Source: Methanomassiliicoccaceae archaeon (GTDB lineage Archaea > Thermoplasmatota > Thermoplasmata > Methanomassiliicoccales > Methanomassiliicoccaceae). From it: a DNA stretch of 64,000 bases. Positions 1-10,749 of this stretch are shown one piece after another (position 1 is the stretch's first letter; every line of letters starts with the position of its first letter). The stretch lies in contig CAVSJV010000005.1 in the NCBI GenBank assembly GCA_963728405.1, forward strand, positions 96,001 to 160,000, given 5' to 3'. A program made the position numbers and the translations under genes. The notes under the pieces were generated by a model that saw only the letters and a program-made list of their open reading frames with translations, was not told the origin of the DNA and did no database searches.

Positions 1-627
1 GGCCAGGTCCAGTCCCTGGATGGGCAAGAGCCCGTAATTGTCCATGATATCGAAGATAGCTGGTGGCAGGAACGCGCACAGGAGGACCAGCGCCTGTCTC
101 TTGTACAACGAGTTGGCCCCCCTGGCCGAATCGATGAGGAGCATTATGGCGGCGAGCATGACCGCATAAGCGTAGGCAAGGTAGATCCAATACCACGGTC
201 CGGCCGCGCTTTGTAGGATCGACGGGCCGCCCTCCGCCACGCTGAAGTCGTATAGGAACAGATCGTGGAACGGGGCGGTGAACGCCATTAGCACGGTTAT
301 GAGCGGGACGACCGAGACGATGATACCGTTCAGCCTGGTAAGCCACGACCCCCGCCCACTGTGTTCGGTGAGCAGGGCGAATACCACAACACAAATGAAC
401 GGTGCAACTGTGAATTTAAGTTGCATCATGAGGACCTTTTCATCGAGGCCAGTGAGGAGGATATCGATGGCCTGAAAAAGGGACCACGCGGCGGTTAGCG
501 CGGTCAACGCTTGAAAATACTTGGTCTCCGGTAGTCCGGAAAACCGTCGGCTATAGAGGTATAGCGCAATGGCCATTGTTACGGCACTTAGCGGCAACCA
601 GACGATGGGGGTGTAAGTAAACGTCAG
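1..627 (-). CDS. N-terminal 7TM sensor region of a histidine kinase (HisKA_7TM-like), partial at window edge
   Basis: Manual minus-strand translation gives serial hydrophobic helices (LTFTYTPIVWLPLSAVTMAIALYLY...GPWYWIYLAYAYAVMLAAIMLL...YKRQA). Start codon uncertain; first in-frame ATG at 577. Confidence 0.65.
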   Translation of the reverse strand, partial: MTFTYTPIVWLPLSAVTMAIALYLYSRRFSGLPETKYFQALTALTAAWSLFQAIDILLTGLDEKVLMMQLKFTVAPFICVVVFALLTEHSGRGSWLTRLNGIIVSVVPLITVLMAFTAPFHDLFLYDFSVAEGGPSILQSAAGPWYWIYLAYAYAVMLAAIMLLIDSARGANSLYKRQALVLLCAFLPPAIFDIMDNYGLLPIQGLDLA

Positions 628-879
628 CGAACACCTGGCTGTGGTCTCATCGGGCCCTTATAATAATAGATTTATGTTCATAAAATCAAAAATGGTCCCT
701 CTTGACCCCCAATCACGCTGGTCACTGGTCCGAAAAAGATGATATGCCGACCTTGCCATCGTCCGAGCAACGCGGGGGATCACTCTTCTATCCAGCAGTT
801 AAAAAATATATGTTTTCGACATAGATCTTCGGTGACCTCTCCATAAAACGTTTAAATGTTCTTGGCGTTGAATAATTAG

Positions 880-2018
880 ATGATACTAACCGCTTTGTTG
901 AAGCTGCTACCTACACAGGAGCAGTATGCTCTCCTTCTCGAGACCATGGAGCGCTTCAATCAAGCGTGTAACAAAATATCTTCAATCGCTTTCCACGAGA
1001 ACAATATCAACCGCATCTCACTACAAAACAATGTTATTACGGTGTGAGGGAAGACTTCGGCCTATCTGCTCAAATGACCATTCTGGCCACGAGAAAGGTA
1101 GCCGACACTTATCGAACAGATATCGAGAGCATCCGCATACGTAACAAGTCTCGGCCTAAAGGCACAACGGAAGAACAACTGAAACGGCATAAGTTCAAAA
1201 AACACGGAGGAGTACAGTACGACATACGATGCCTCTCATGGAAAGGTGAGGATCGAATATCGATTCTGACCCTCAGGGGGCGGATCGAAATACCCTTGGT
1301 GTTCAGCGGCTATGATAAAAATTCCATCTTGATCAATATCCGGGGTGAGTGCGACTTGTTGTATCGAAAGAACAAGTTCTACCTTGCGGTTTGTTATGAG
1401 GCTCCAGAAGAATGTCATTATGTTCCAACTGGCTTCATGGGAGTTGATCTGGGTCGAAAGAACATTGCTTCCATGAGCGATGGAAATCTGTTCTGTGGCG
1501 AAGCTTGCGAGAGAACCAGGAAGCACTATGTGGAGCTAAGGGCCCTATATCGGTCAGTGGGTACAAAATCGGCCAGGAAGCATCTTGCCAGACTAGCTAG
1601 GAAAGAGTGCAGTTTCAAATCGAACGAGAATCATTCGATCAGCAAGAATTTAGTATCCCAAGCCAAAGGCACGGAGCGAGGTATTGCATTGGAAGAGCTA
1701 ACTTACATACCTCGTCAGAAGACGGCTAAAGGGGCTCGGGATGCTTCTTCAAAGTGGGCATTCAGGCAGCTATGCACGTTCATAGAATACAAGGCGAAGT
1801 TAGCTGGTGTGCCAATCGTCCTCGTTGATCCTGCATACACATCGCAATGTTGCAGCGTGTGCGGCTTCGTACACAAGGGCAATCGTAAGAGTCAATCAGA
1901 GTTTGTATGTTTAGAATGCGGTCACGAAGAGAACGCAGACGTGAACGCCGCGAAGAACATACAAGCAAGGGCTGCTGTCAATCAGCCTATAGTCGTCCGT
2001 CATGCCGCCGAGGCATGA
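880..2018 (+). CDS. tnpB: TnpB RNA-guided endonuclease (IS200/IS605 family, solo/IS1341-like), one frameshift at ~1025
   Basis: ATG at 880 gives MILTALLKLLPTQEQ...ETMERFNQACN and joins the 1044 ORF after a missing A in an A-run. RuvC residues GVDLG, IALEEL and NADVNAAKNI are intact; Zn-finger CSVCG/CLECG. TTTAAA promoter box at ~851. Confidence 0.9.
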
Positions 2019-2080
2019 AGTTGGAACGGCAAGCGTCCTCCACTGATGGACGCTGTTGATGCCTGGCCAACGGTATATCC
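1965..2080 (+). ncRNA. Putative TnpB omegaRNA / element right end, with guide at ~2061-2080
   Basis: Hairpin AGCGTCC (2032-2038) / GGACGCT (2048-2054) followed by GTTGAT, resembling IS200/IS605 right ends. An extra CATGCC/GGCATG hairpin overlaps the tnpB stop. 5' boundary is a guess. Confidence 0.6.
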
Positions 2081-2193
2081 CATCGTAGGCGCTCAGTCGG
2101 AATATTTGAACAAATTATTTGGTTTAATCCGCACACTTCGAGCTTCGATAGCTAAAAAGGATGATATACTAACTTTTGTATGGTCAGCTACAC

Positions 2194-2279
2194 GCGGGGG
2201 TAGTCAAGTTCGGCCAACGGCGCGGGACTTAAGATTCCGTCCTTAGTGGTTCGTGGGTTCAAATCCCTCCCCCGCACCA
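2194..2279 (+). tRNA. tRNA-Leu, anticodon TAA, encoded CCA
   Basis: Acceptor stem GCGGGGG/CCCCCGC, anticodon arm CGGGA-CTTAAGA-TTCCG, variable arm, T-loop TTCAAAT and terminal ACCA. AT-rich promoter box 26 nt upstream. Confidence 0.93.
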
Positions 2280-2676
2280 TATGTAGAACAGGTCTATTCA
2301 TGGAAAGATGTCACCCATCGATACGGTCGAATCGTCGGGGTCATCTATTGGGGATTTCCGGATGCGTCCGAGTCCGGCACTCTCGGCCCATAAATTGACG
2401 CAACCAGACCCCTTCGGGGCCGATCGCCATCCTTGTGTTTGCCGATGCAGGCGGTTCCGAGGGCCAGACATGGAAGAATAGTTCAAATAGGCGGCCCATG
2501 CCTAATTAACCAAGGGTCTGCCCTGCGACCATACCCTCTGACCATAATCTCTTGGGGGGCTTCGAGGGAAAGGTCATCGCCTTTCGGCAGGCAAGACTCT
2601 TAATGCCCATCGGAAAGATCAGAGGACCAAGCATCGCTAGCTCCCTGGCGCGGGCACTGGGTCACATGGACGGAAA

Positions 2677-3333
2677 ATGACTGGCAATGGGGCCGAAAAA
2701 AAGAAAAGGACCGAAAGAAGACTAGAGGTATTTGCGGCAGTGCTTTTGGCCCTAGCTACGATATCCTCGGCATGGTGCGTTTATCAGGCGAACCGGTGGT
2801 CGGGGACTCAGACCGTGGATTTCAGCAATGCTGCTGGACTCCGGCAGGAATCAATCCGGGCCGAGAACATCGCCAACACCCAGACCCAGATCGATGTGCA
2901 GGTTTTCCTTGAGTGGGTAAACGCTCGAGCCACTAACAATACCGTCTTGGCCGACTTCATCCAGGCGCGGTTCCGTCCAGAGTTCCTCCCGGCGTTCGAT
3001 GCCTGGATCTCAATGATCAACACGACCCCGGGCACATCCATACCGCCGGGAACGCCCTTCAGCCTCCCCGAGTATAAATTAGAGAACCGGACCAAGAGCG
3101 AGGAGTTAAGCAATTCCTCCCAGGCCTACTTCGCGCAGGCCAAGATAGCGAACCAGATAGGTGATGATTTCATCCTGACCACTGTGCTGTTCGCATCCGT
3201 TCTGTTCCTTTCCAGCATTCAGTCCCGATTTGATTCCCCCCAGCTGCGATCGATCCTTCTCCTCGTGGCCCTTGGCATATTCAGCATGGCCTTTGTGATA
3301 TTGCTGATCCTGCCGGTGAACGTGGGATTCTGA
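2677..3333 (+). CDS. Hypothetical membrane protein (1 N-terminal and 2 C-terminal TM helices, DUF4337-like)
   Basis: 218 aa ORF with hydrophobic segments flanking a soluble helical region. Confidence 0.7.
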   Translation: MTGNGAEKKKRTERRLEVFAAVLLALATISSAWCVYQANRWSGTQTVDFSNAAGLRQESIRAENIANTQTQIDVQVFLEWVNARATNNTVLADFIQARFRPEFLPAFDAWISMINTTPGTSIPPGTPFSLPEYKLENRTKSEELSNSSQAYFAQAKIANQIGDDFILTTVLFASVLFLSSIQSRFDSPQLRSILLLVALGIFSMAFVILLILPVNVGF

Positions 3334-3546
3334 ACGATGGGCGCCCTAAGGGAGAGTATGGCGGAGTGGGCCGCTGACACGACGTAGACGTATAGCAGAA
3401 TGATAAGGAGATTGAGGCGAGCATCTTTACCGTAGCTTGAGCATTATTTGCCTTATCTCGATCTATCCCAGAGCTCTTTGGTATGGCATCCAGGTGATCT
3501 TCCGTTGATCCGACAAAGATCAGGCTTTGAGCCTTTCTTCTTCCTC

Positions 3547-3753
3547 CTACAGAACATATGTTGCCTTGAATTCCCGTATCGTTAGTGGCTCGGCATACTC
3601 ATAGGCGTCATCAATGCTTTTTGTCAGATCAGAGATCCTGAACGCATCCGGGTTCTCCTTTGAGTCAAAAACATAAATGCCGCCGAAGTGCCCCGTGTCC
3701 TCATCATGAACATAATACTTCTGTAACGGGCCCTCGACCTCACGATACTTATC
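3547..3753 (-). pseudogene. 5'-truncated YdhR-like monooxygenase (dimeric alpha-beta barrel) remnant
   Basis: Manual translation DKYREVEGPLQKYYVHDEDTGHFGGIYVFDSKE...; no start codon before the upstream in-frame stop. Confidence 0.55.
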
Positions 3754-3904
3754 GCCACTTCCCCCGATCGGATGAGTATGTAACTCCTGATGGATGCGCC
3801 GTAATCCGCAACCCGATGGAAGCGAAACCCTGGGGGTCCGTTAAATAGCTCCGAGAATACTCTTAATTCCACAACGTCTGCACACCAGTGAGGAAGAATG
3901 GAAA

Positions 3905-4723
3905 ATGGCCGCCTTGGAGTTCTTGGAACGCCCGGAGGGGAGACTATCCTTTGAAGATGCAGGAGGGACCGGACCATTGGTCCTATGCGTTCCGGGCATG
4001 GGAGACCTCCGTTCCGTCTATCGTTTCGTCCTGCCCACTCTTACTCAAAGGGGCTATCGGGCCGTGGCCATGGATGTTCGGGGAATGGGCGATACCACTG
4101 TGAAATGGTCAGATTACTCTGAGGCGGCCATCGGCTCCGATATCATCGCCCTGATCGATCATCTCGATTCTGGCCCGGCCACGATCGTGGCCAACTCGAT
4201 CTCGGCCGGTGCTGCGGTCTGGGCTGCGGCCGAGGCTCCCCAGAGCGTCTCGAGTCTCGTGCTCATCGGGCCGTTCGTTCGGAACGTGCCGATATCGGCG
4301 TGGAAGAAGTGGTCCTTTATCCTAGCCCTCGCTCGCCCTTGGGGAGCCACCGTATGGGTGGGGTATCAGGCCAAGGCGCTCTACCCCTCGACCCCTCCCG
4401 GCGATATGGCCGATCACAGCAGGTCCTTGAAGGCGAACCTTAAGGAGCCCGGACGAATGAAGGCGTTCCAGCGGATGGCGGCGACCTCCCATTCTGCGGC
4501 CGAGGCCCGGCTCGATCGCGTGAGAGCACCAGTGATGGTCGTGATGGGCACGGCAGATCCGGACTTTACCAACCCCGTCGAAGAAGCGAATTATATTGCC
4601 AAGCGCCTCAAAGGTTCGGTCGTGCTCATCGATGGCGCTGGTCATTATCCCCAGGCTGAGGTGCCGGGCCCGTTCTCCGCCGCGCTCCTCGATTTTCTGT
4701 CCTCACAGGCATCTCGCCCATAG
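3905..4723 (+). CDS. Alpha/beta hydrolase
   Basis: DVRGMG motif, nucleophile elbow ANSIS, GTADP acid and GAGHYP histidine. Confidence 0.9.
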   Translation: MAALEFLERPEGRLSFEDAGGTGPLVLCVPGMGDLRSVYRFVLPTLTQRGYRAVAMDVRGMGDTTVKWSDYSEAAIGSDIIALIDHLDSGPATIVANSISAGAAVWAAAEAPQSVSSLVLIGPFVRNVPISAWKKWSFILALARPWGATVWVGYQAKALYPSTPPGDMADHSRSLKANLKEPGRMKAFQRMAATSHSAAEARLDRVRAPVMVVMGTADPDFTNPVEEANYIAKRLKGSVVLIDGAGHYPQAEVPGPFSAALLDFLSSQASRP

Positions 4724-5042
4724 CGCCGGTCTCGCAGACTGGGTGAGTAATTTTAGAAGACCGAACGACCGCGGATACGTGATATGGGACCACTGTGATC
4801 AGAATGGAATTATACGGGCCTCCATGAAATATTGATCAGAATGCCTTCAAATCATTCGCATCGAAACGGCCTTTGTGCAACATGGGGTGGCTATCTGTCC
4901 TGAAACGTGAAGCCGCCTGTTATGATCTTTATATCTGGCTCTACGATCCTATTTACAACTATTTAATTTATAATCATAAATATTATTTAGCCATTCAGAA
5001 TCCATTTTATACTCATCTCTGATGTTAAACCGGTAATAGAAA

Positions 5043-5330
5043 ATGGTCGCAGGAATGAGATTGGACGGAATGAACGTGATCACCGCGGACGCCTATATCT
5101 TGGGTGAGATCGAGGGGACCGAGATCGACACCGTGGCCTGGAAAGTGACCCATCTGAGGGTCGCGCTTACCGAGGAAACGGTACAGGAGTTCGGATTGAA
5201 GAAGCCGTTCCTGAGCTCCATCAGGATCTGCTTACCCACATCCTATGTGAACAAGTTTGGTAATGTGGTGACCCTGAACCAGAACCTCCAGGACTTAAAA
5301 GGCATCCCGGAGTGCAAGGCTCAGGCCTGA
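5043..5330 (+). CDS. PRC-barrel domain protein
   Basis: LDGMNVITADAYILGEIEGTEID..WKV pattern; TATA box upstream. Confidence 0.8.
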   Translation: MVAGMRLDGMNVITADAYILGEIEGTEIDTVAWKVTHLRVALTEETVQEFGLKKPFLSSIRICLPTSYVNKFGNVVTLNQNLQDLKGIPECKAQA

Positions 5331-6250
5331 GCCTGTGAGGTCCGATCGGACGGAAGCGTACCCCGGATCGAACAAAAGGCCGACAATAGGGTCGCGAGAG
5401 GGGGGAGCAAAGCTTGAGATCGTCGTCACCGATGATGCGAGCATCTCGATGGAAGTGATCTCGGGCCGTGCACTGAACGTGATCTCCATCCTACACCATG
5501 ATATGTGAACTGGTCAGTGTAGTCAAGACGGCCCACGACGGGGGACCTAATGCTCCGTCCTTGGTCGTTCGTGGGCCAGAATCCTTTCCCGATCCTAGGT
5601 GCCAGGTGCCTGGCCATTCGAACTTATTACCAGGGAGTTTGCATCAGGATCACATATTCCCGCGTTACATGCCGTCCTGTCATGCCGTATCGCTGCATCT
5701 TGCCGATCGAGACTTTTCAATAAAGATCAGTCTCCCGCCCATCTATTGAATAGGTTTCTAAGCGGGTTACCTCTTGATGGGGGCCTGGGTTTTGACAGTA
5801 CTGTCTGATCGATCAGCTCATCTTTCGAAAGATCCGTGCGAAGGCCATGAGCACCGCAGATCCTTCGGATGCTTTCTTTCGGGACACAGGTCAACAAACC
5901 TTTCCACGCCAGGACCTTTAGTTTAAGCTCAGCCGTTGTGCCAGAGGATCTCTCATTGTTGCATCGGAGTTAGCCTGTAGGTCCTCCCTCGATAATGATT
6001 CTATGAGATCCCCCTAGTGCCCATCGGGTCTCCCGCGAACAGTATGGTAGTTTCCTGCGAGAAGATAATTGTTTATTGAGGTCCAGGTGATCGTCATCTT
6101 TCATGTTCATCAGATCAAGGACTTAACATCCCGCCCTAGTGGTCCGTTGATCAAAAGTCCTCACACAAGAATTCTCAGTTCTACATAGTTTTCTTTATGG
6201 TTTCGTGGCAGCCGAATGGCTCATATGTGCACATCATCAAAGATGTATTG

Positions 6251-6550
6251 TTATGATGAAGCGACGATCTCACCATCGTAGGTCTGAAGAACTATCTTTT
6301 CGGCGATCCCGCTTTCTCTAAGCCAATCCCGGTAAGCTTGCGCACCTGGCTTACCAAGTAACTCGGATTCCCACTCTGCCACTGCTATCGTGGTATGTTG
6401 GTCTGAACGCATGAGTCGGTATCTAACAAAACCAGGTTGAGCTCGGAAGACTCTGACCCCATCTTCATCTATCCGTTGGAATAATTCAAAGGCCTCTGGC
6501 GAATATAGATCGATGTTCCATTTGGCAATCGTCACTCGGAGATATGTCAT
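6251..6550 (-). CDS. Antibiotic-biosynthesis-monooxygenase (ABM)-like protein
   Basis: QPGFVRY and WES motifs; GAGGG RBS upstream. Confidence 0.75.
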   Translation of the reverse strand: MTYLRVTIAKWNIDLYSPEAFELFQRIDEDGVRVFRAQPGFVRYRLMRSDQHTTIAVAEWESELLGKPGAQAYRDWLRESGIAEKIVLQTYDGEIVASS

Positions 6551-6977
6551 CGTTAACCCTCTCTGAATTGGGTTCGTTTAATCTTTCAAATTTTCGGCCC
6601 ATGGTCCGGAGCAAAGGATGTTGGTCAACGGCCTGGTAGCATCAAGAGGGTGGCCGTGTAGATTAACCCCGACCAGACTCCAACGAGCTGGTCAGGAGGA
6701 TCATATCAAAACGCTTTACTGTGCCCCCATCCTGGCCAGGGCAGTTATCGAAGCATGTCTATGGGCAACATGGGGTCGATCGGTGACCTTTGCGTAATCT
6801 TCGAAGAGCGGTTCGGGGTCTGAACATTTATCAATATTATTAAAAGCGTTCTCATCGGCTTCCTCCTTAACTACAGGCCTACGATGCTCAGGGCGATACA
6901 ATCTGGCCAAACGAGTAACAAGTATTATCTATCATGATTATGGTGGCTATAGAACTCTATCATAGGGTGAATGATAA

Positions 6978-7448
6978 ATGAAGATATTATTGGTTGAGGA
7001 TAGTGCCACTTGGGCCGAGCTGATAAATGAGTTGTTGAATGAAAATGGATCAGGTGTTGAGATCATTCACGCTGAGGATGGGCAAGAGGCTTTGAAAATG
7101 CTTTCCACTGGCTATTTGCCAGACATCATCATCTCCGATATGAGAATGCCTCGAATGGATGGACATGATCTTTTGATGGAAGTAAAATCGAACGCTTGTC
7201 TTCGTGCCATCCCCTTTATCATGCTCTCTTCTGCATCTTGCAGTAAGGAAATGATCGAGGATCATGGTTGCAAGGCGACATGCCATATCTCCAAATCATT
7301 TTTTATCGACCATAATCGGTCGCTCATGAGGTGTTTCAAGGAACTGATCATTATGACCGAACAGGAGCAATTTTTATCTGAGTTCACCTCACGGAGGGGA
7401 GAGAGAAGACGAGATGAATTGGACTTGTCCGATTCTGCCCAGAACTGA
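6978..7448 (+). CDS. Single-domain response regulator (receiver)
   Basis: ILLVEDS, IISDMRMPRMDG phospho-Asp, and ISK. Confidence 0.88.
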   Translation: MKILLVEDSATWAELINELLNENGSGVEIIHAEDGQEALKMLSTGYLPDIIISDMRMPRMDGHDLLMEVKSNACLRAIPFIMLSSASCSKEMIEDHGCKATCHISKSFFIDHNRSLMRCFKELIIMTEQEQFLSEFTSRRGERRRDELDLSDSAQN

Positions 7449-8817
7449 CTCGCCTCCAAATCAAGTAATGCGTCATGGCTCAACTCCAATCGATCCTCTC
7501 CAATATGGTGCGGAAATTCTGATTTTTTACAGAAATTTCTACCCTAAAAGAAATATTCACTGTTTTGATCGGCTATCGCCGCCGTTAACGTGTTATGAAA
7601 CCTAAGGCCGGATCAGCACCGGCAGACCGTTGGGACCGGCGGCCCTGGTGAACGTTAGGTCGCAGTTCGGATCACTCACAGAGGGTCTCTTGGTGCGACC
7701 AACGATCCACAGCGCGGGCAGGGAGCTTAGTGGCATTAATCTTCATGTTACCCTTGTTGATCAAGGCGATGACGGCGTCAAATATGCTTCCCTCCCTCAG
7801 CCCCATCGCGATATGGAGGCCGCGCAAATGATCGTCGGCATGTTCGTGATAGCAATCGATGCACGTCTCCATGTTACCCGTCTGTCCTGATCGACCTGCC
7901 CCATTGAGAAATGGGAACGAAAGCATGTAAGGATGCGTTGCCGGGCGTCCGAGGAGATTATACGGAAGGAACAATGCGGCCCGGATATTGGAGCAATTGG
8001 TATGAAGATCCATTTGTGCCCGCCAGGTCTCGGGCAATTATTATTTGAGCTGCTCATATACTAGGCTTTGGTAGGCCGGTCGATGGCGTACCGGTGGCCC
8101 CCCGTCCTGTGACAAGCTCCCCCTGTGGCGGTCGAGGGAACCGGGCACGGATGGGCCATTAGTGTGAACATAACTGAACTGGGAGCGGCTCGATATTTTG
8201 AAGAATCATAGTTCATGAATGAACGGGCTACGGAGGGAGCGGTGGGTTGGCGAGCAATAATCTGACGGATCACCACCGGCCCTATGCAAGGGCTGGCTAG
8301 GAGGTAGCCCCGCCCCCTAGAACAACTATTGAGAACGCATTGGGCTTATGGTTTGTACGCTTTTTAAGCGGATTTTTGGGTCGAAAACAAGCAATTATGG
8401 GCTTTTGGATGTGGTTCGCTGGGGTTATTGCCGTAGGGGGTCCTCATCCGAGATATCAATGATGGGGTCAGTAGCGCTCATCCAGCTGTGCGGGGATGTT
8501 TCATTTTCATTTTATTGAACTTAATTTGATGACACTTTAAAGACCCGCAGGGCGGACCGGAATCGCATCTCGATCGGTAGATGGTCTTCTCTTGCTCAGG
8601 GAGAAGGACGAGGATCATTTTCTCCAATCGGTCAATAGTCGAATATTGCGGGGCAGGAGAATTGGACCATGCTATACTTGTCGCCTCACTGAACACTTCC
8701 CTGTTCTCCTTGCCCAACGCCCCACCATGCTTGTTCCAACTATTCTCCTTTTTGATGTTGTCATTTCCCATGAGTCCTCACCTCTCAGAGGTCCTCTGGA
8801 TGGGGCGTCCGAGGAGC

Positions 8818-9103
8818 CTAGTGGCTGAACCTTGCTCCTTCGTCCAGGAAGTGAATGTCCGGCTTCCCTATCACTCCGGCCTCCTCCATCGTCATCTTCA
8901 GCTGGTCCGATCTGACGAACTTCTGGACCTTTTCCAGGTCTTCCATTTCCATCAGGATGAATATATCATTGGGATCGTTCTTCGAGCGGAAGATGTGCCC
9001 CCCCGTCGATCCTGCCGACTTGCGATTGCCGGCATCATCGTCGAAGCCCTTCCTCCATACCTCGTAATCCTTCACCTCATGTCTGAATCAGCACATGGAT
9101 CAT
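8818..9103 (-). CDS. Small dimeric alpha-beta barrel protein (cyclase-like), frameshift at ~9085
   Basis: MIHVLI-(shift)-RHEVKDYEVWRKGFD...MEEAGVIGKP; GGAG RBS upstream of 9103. Confidence 0.7.
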
Positions 9104-9230
9104 CGTATCGATCTCCTTCCCTTCCCGTGAGGCAAGCGGTTAGCCCTGATTGATGGGGCCCTAGATGCCACACTGTAAGCTAGGCATTGATTTTGAAATG
9201 CGGGATATTTGAATATTGGCATTGGTGAAC

Positions 9231-9368
9231 TTAGTTGACTGGATCCTGTGCGAACACCAGCCGGTTGTACGTGATGAACTTGTGCTGCGCCTCGCGCAGC
9301 ATCAAGTCGCTGCGCCGTGAGCGCAGCGCTTCGCCCAGCATTCGTTTCACGGCCGAGAACACGATCTC
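9231..9368 (-). mobile_element. C-terminal fragment of an IS5-family DDE transposase
   Basis: Manual translation EIVFSAVKRMLGEALRSRRSDLMLREAQHKFITYN matches the E-x2-FS-x2-KR...YN tail of IS5-type transposases. The rest of the gene is missing. Confidence 0.7.
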
Positions 9369-9486
9369 GAGCGATCAGGCCAGCGAAGATCATGCCGGAC
9401 CGGCCTGATCTAATTTTCCGGGAAGGAACGTATCCGGGTCCTCTCTCTTTTCTCCAAGGTTAGATTTAATAGCGGCTTTCGCTTCA

Positions 9487-10749
9487 ATGATTTCAGAGGA
9501 TGGTGCTATGGTCGAGGGTTTCATGAAGGCTCCCAAGGTCCTCCTGTTCGGGTACAACGGAGCGAACAACACCGGGGCGGAGGCTAAACTTCTGGCGACC
9601 ATAGCGGACATGCGCTCGCTGCTCGGCCCCTCCGCTCTCTTGACCGTACCGAGCCTGGATGTGACCAAGCTCCGCCGCTACATCAAGGAGGACGAGAATC
9701 TTAGGATCGTCAGGATCCCTACCATGTACAGGCGGACGGTCCGCCGGCTGGTGCGCGAGCACGACCTGACCGTTCTGGTCGAGGGCAGCTGCTATATCGA
9801 GACCTTCACCAAGGCCCTCCTGGACGCGTATCTGTCGGCCACCCGGTACGCCGCCGAGTTCGGAAAACCTTGCATCGCCTACGCGGTCGACTCGGGGCTG
9901 GTCTCGTCAGCCAGTCAGGAAAAGATCAGGGTCGACGCCAGCAAGACCGATCTCATCATCATGCGCACGTACGCCGGGGCGGAGCGCATGAGGAAATGGG
10001 GCGTCACCGCCCCCATCGAGGTGGCGGCCGACACCGCCTTCCTGTTCAAGCCAGACCCGTCCGACGCGGGCCTCCTCAAGCAGGAGCTGCCGTCGGCAGG
10101 GGTGGTGGGCATCGCTGCAGTGGACTTCCATCTCTTTCCCGTGGTCCCTCGTCTGTGGGGGCGCCGGGCCAGGTGCTACAAGTGGCCCTTCTACTTCTCC
10201 TGGACAAAGGAGAGGAGGGAGGCCGCGGCCCGACTGGCCCAGGACTTCGCCGAGCTTGGGGACTGGGCCGTGGAGAAGCACGGCAAGGCCGTCGCCCTCC
10301 TGTGCATGGAATCGGTGGACGACGCCCTGGCCCGTGACATCCTCGCCCGGATGAGGCATCGGGACAGGGCGCGCATCTTCTCCGCCAGCAAGTACAACGC
10401 CTCCCAGATGGCCTCGGTGCTTCGGGGATTGGACCTGCTCATCACCTCCCGCTACCACGCTGGGGTACTGTCCCTGGAAGGTCATGTACCTCAGGTCGCC
10501 ATCGCCCACGACGTCCGGCTGGCCGACCTCTATGACGAGATAGGGATGAAGGAGGAGTTCTTCTTCGAGCGTGATGCCACGTCCCTGTTCCCGATGGTAA
10601 GGGAGAGGGCGGAGAGGCTCCTCAATGACCCCGGTGAGGTCAGGGAAAGGCTGGCCACTGCGCATCGCGAGCAGGTGGCACGGGCCCTCCGGTCCCGCCA
10701 GCTGGTCGGCGAGTTCCTAAGGTCCAAAGGGTGGGATGTACGGATATGA
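9487..10749 (+). CDS. Polysaccharide pyruvyl transferase (WcaK/CsaB)-like protein
   Basis: GYNGANNTGAEA, ADTAF and SRYHA motifs. Start may be 9508 or 9523. Confidence 0.85.
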   Translation: MISEDGAMVEGFMKAPKVLLFGYNGANNTGAEAKLLATIADMRSLLGPSALLTVPSLDVTKLRRYIKEDENLRIVRIPTMYRRTVRRLVREHDLTVLVEGSCYIETFTKALLDAYLSATRYAAEFGKPCIAYAVDSGLVSSASQEKIRVDASKTDLIIMRTYAGAERMRKWGVTAPIEVAADTAFLFKPDPSDAGLLKQELPSAGVVGIAAVDFHLFPVVPRLWGRRARCYKWPFYFSWTKERREAAARLAQDFAELGDWAVEKHGKAVALLCMESVDDALARDILARMRHRDRARIFSASKYNASQMASVLRGLDLLITSRYHAGVLSLEGHVPQVAIAHDVRLADLYDEIGMKEEFFFERDATSLFPMVRERAERLLNDPGEVRERLATAHREQVARALRSRQLVGEFLRSKGWDVRI

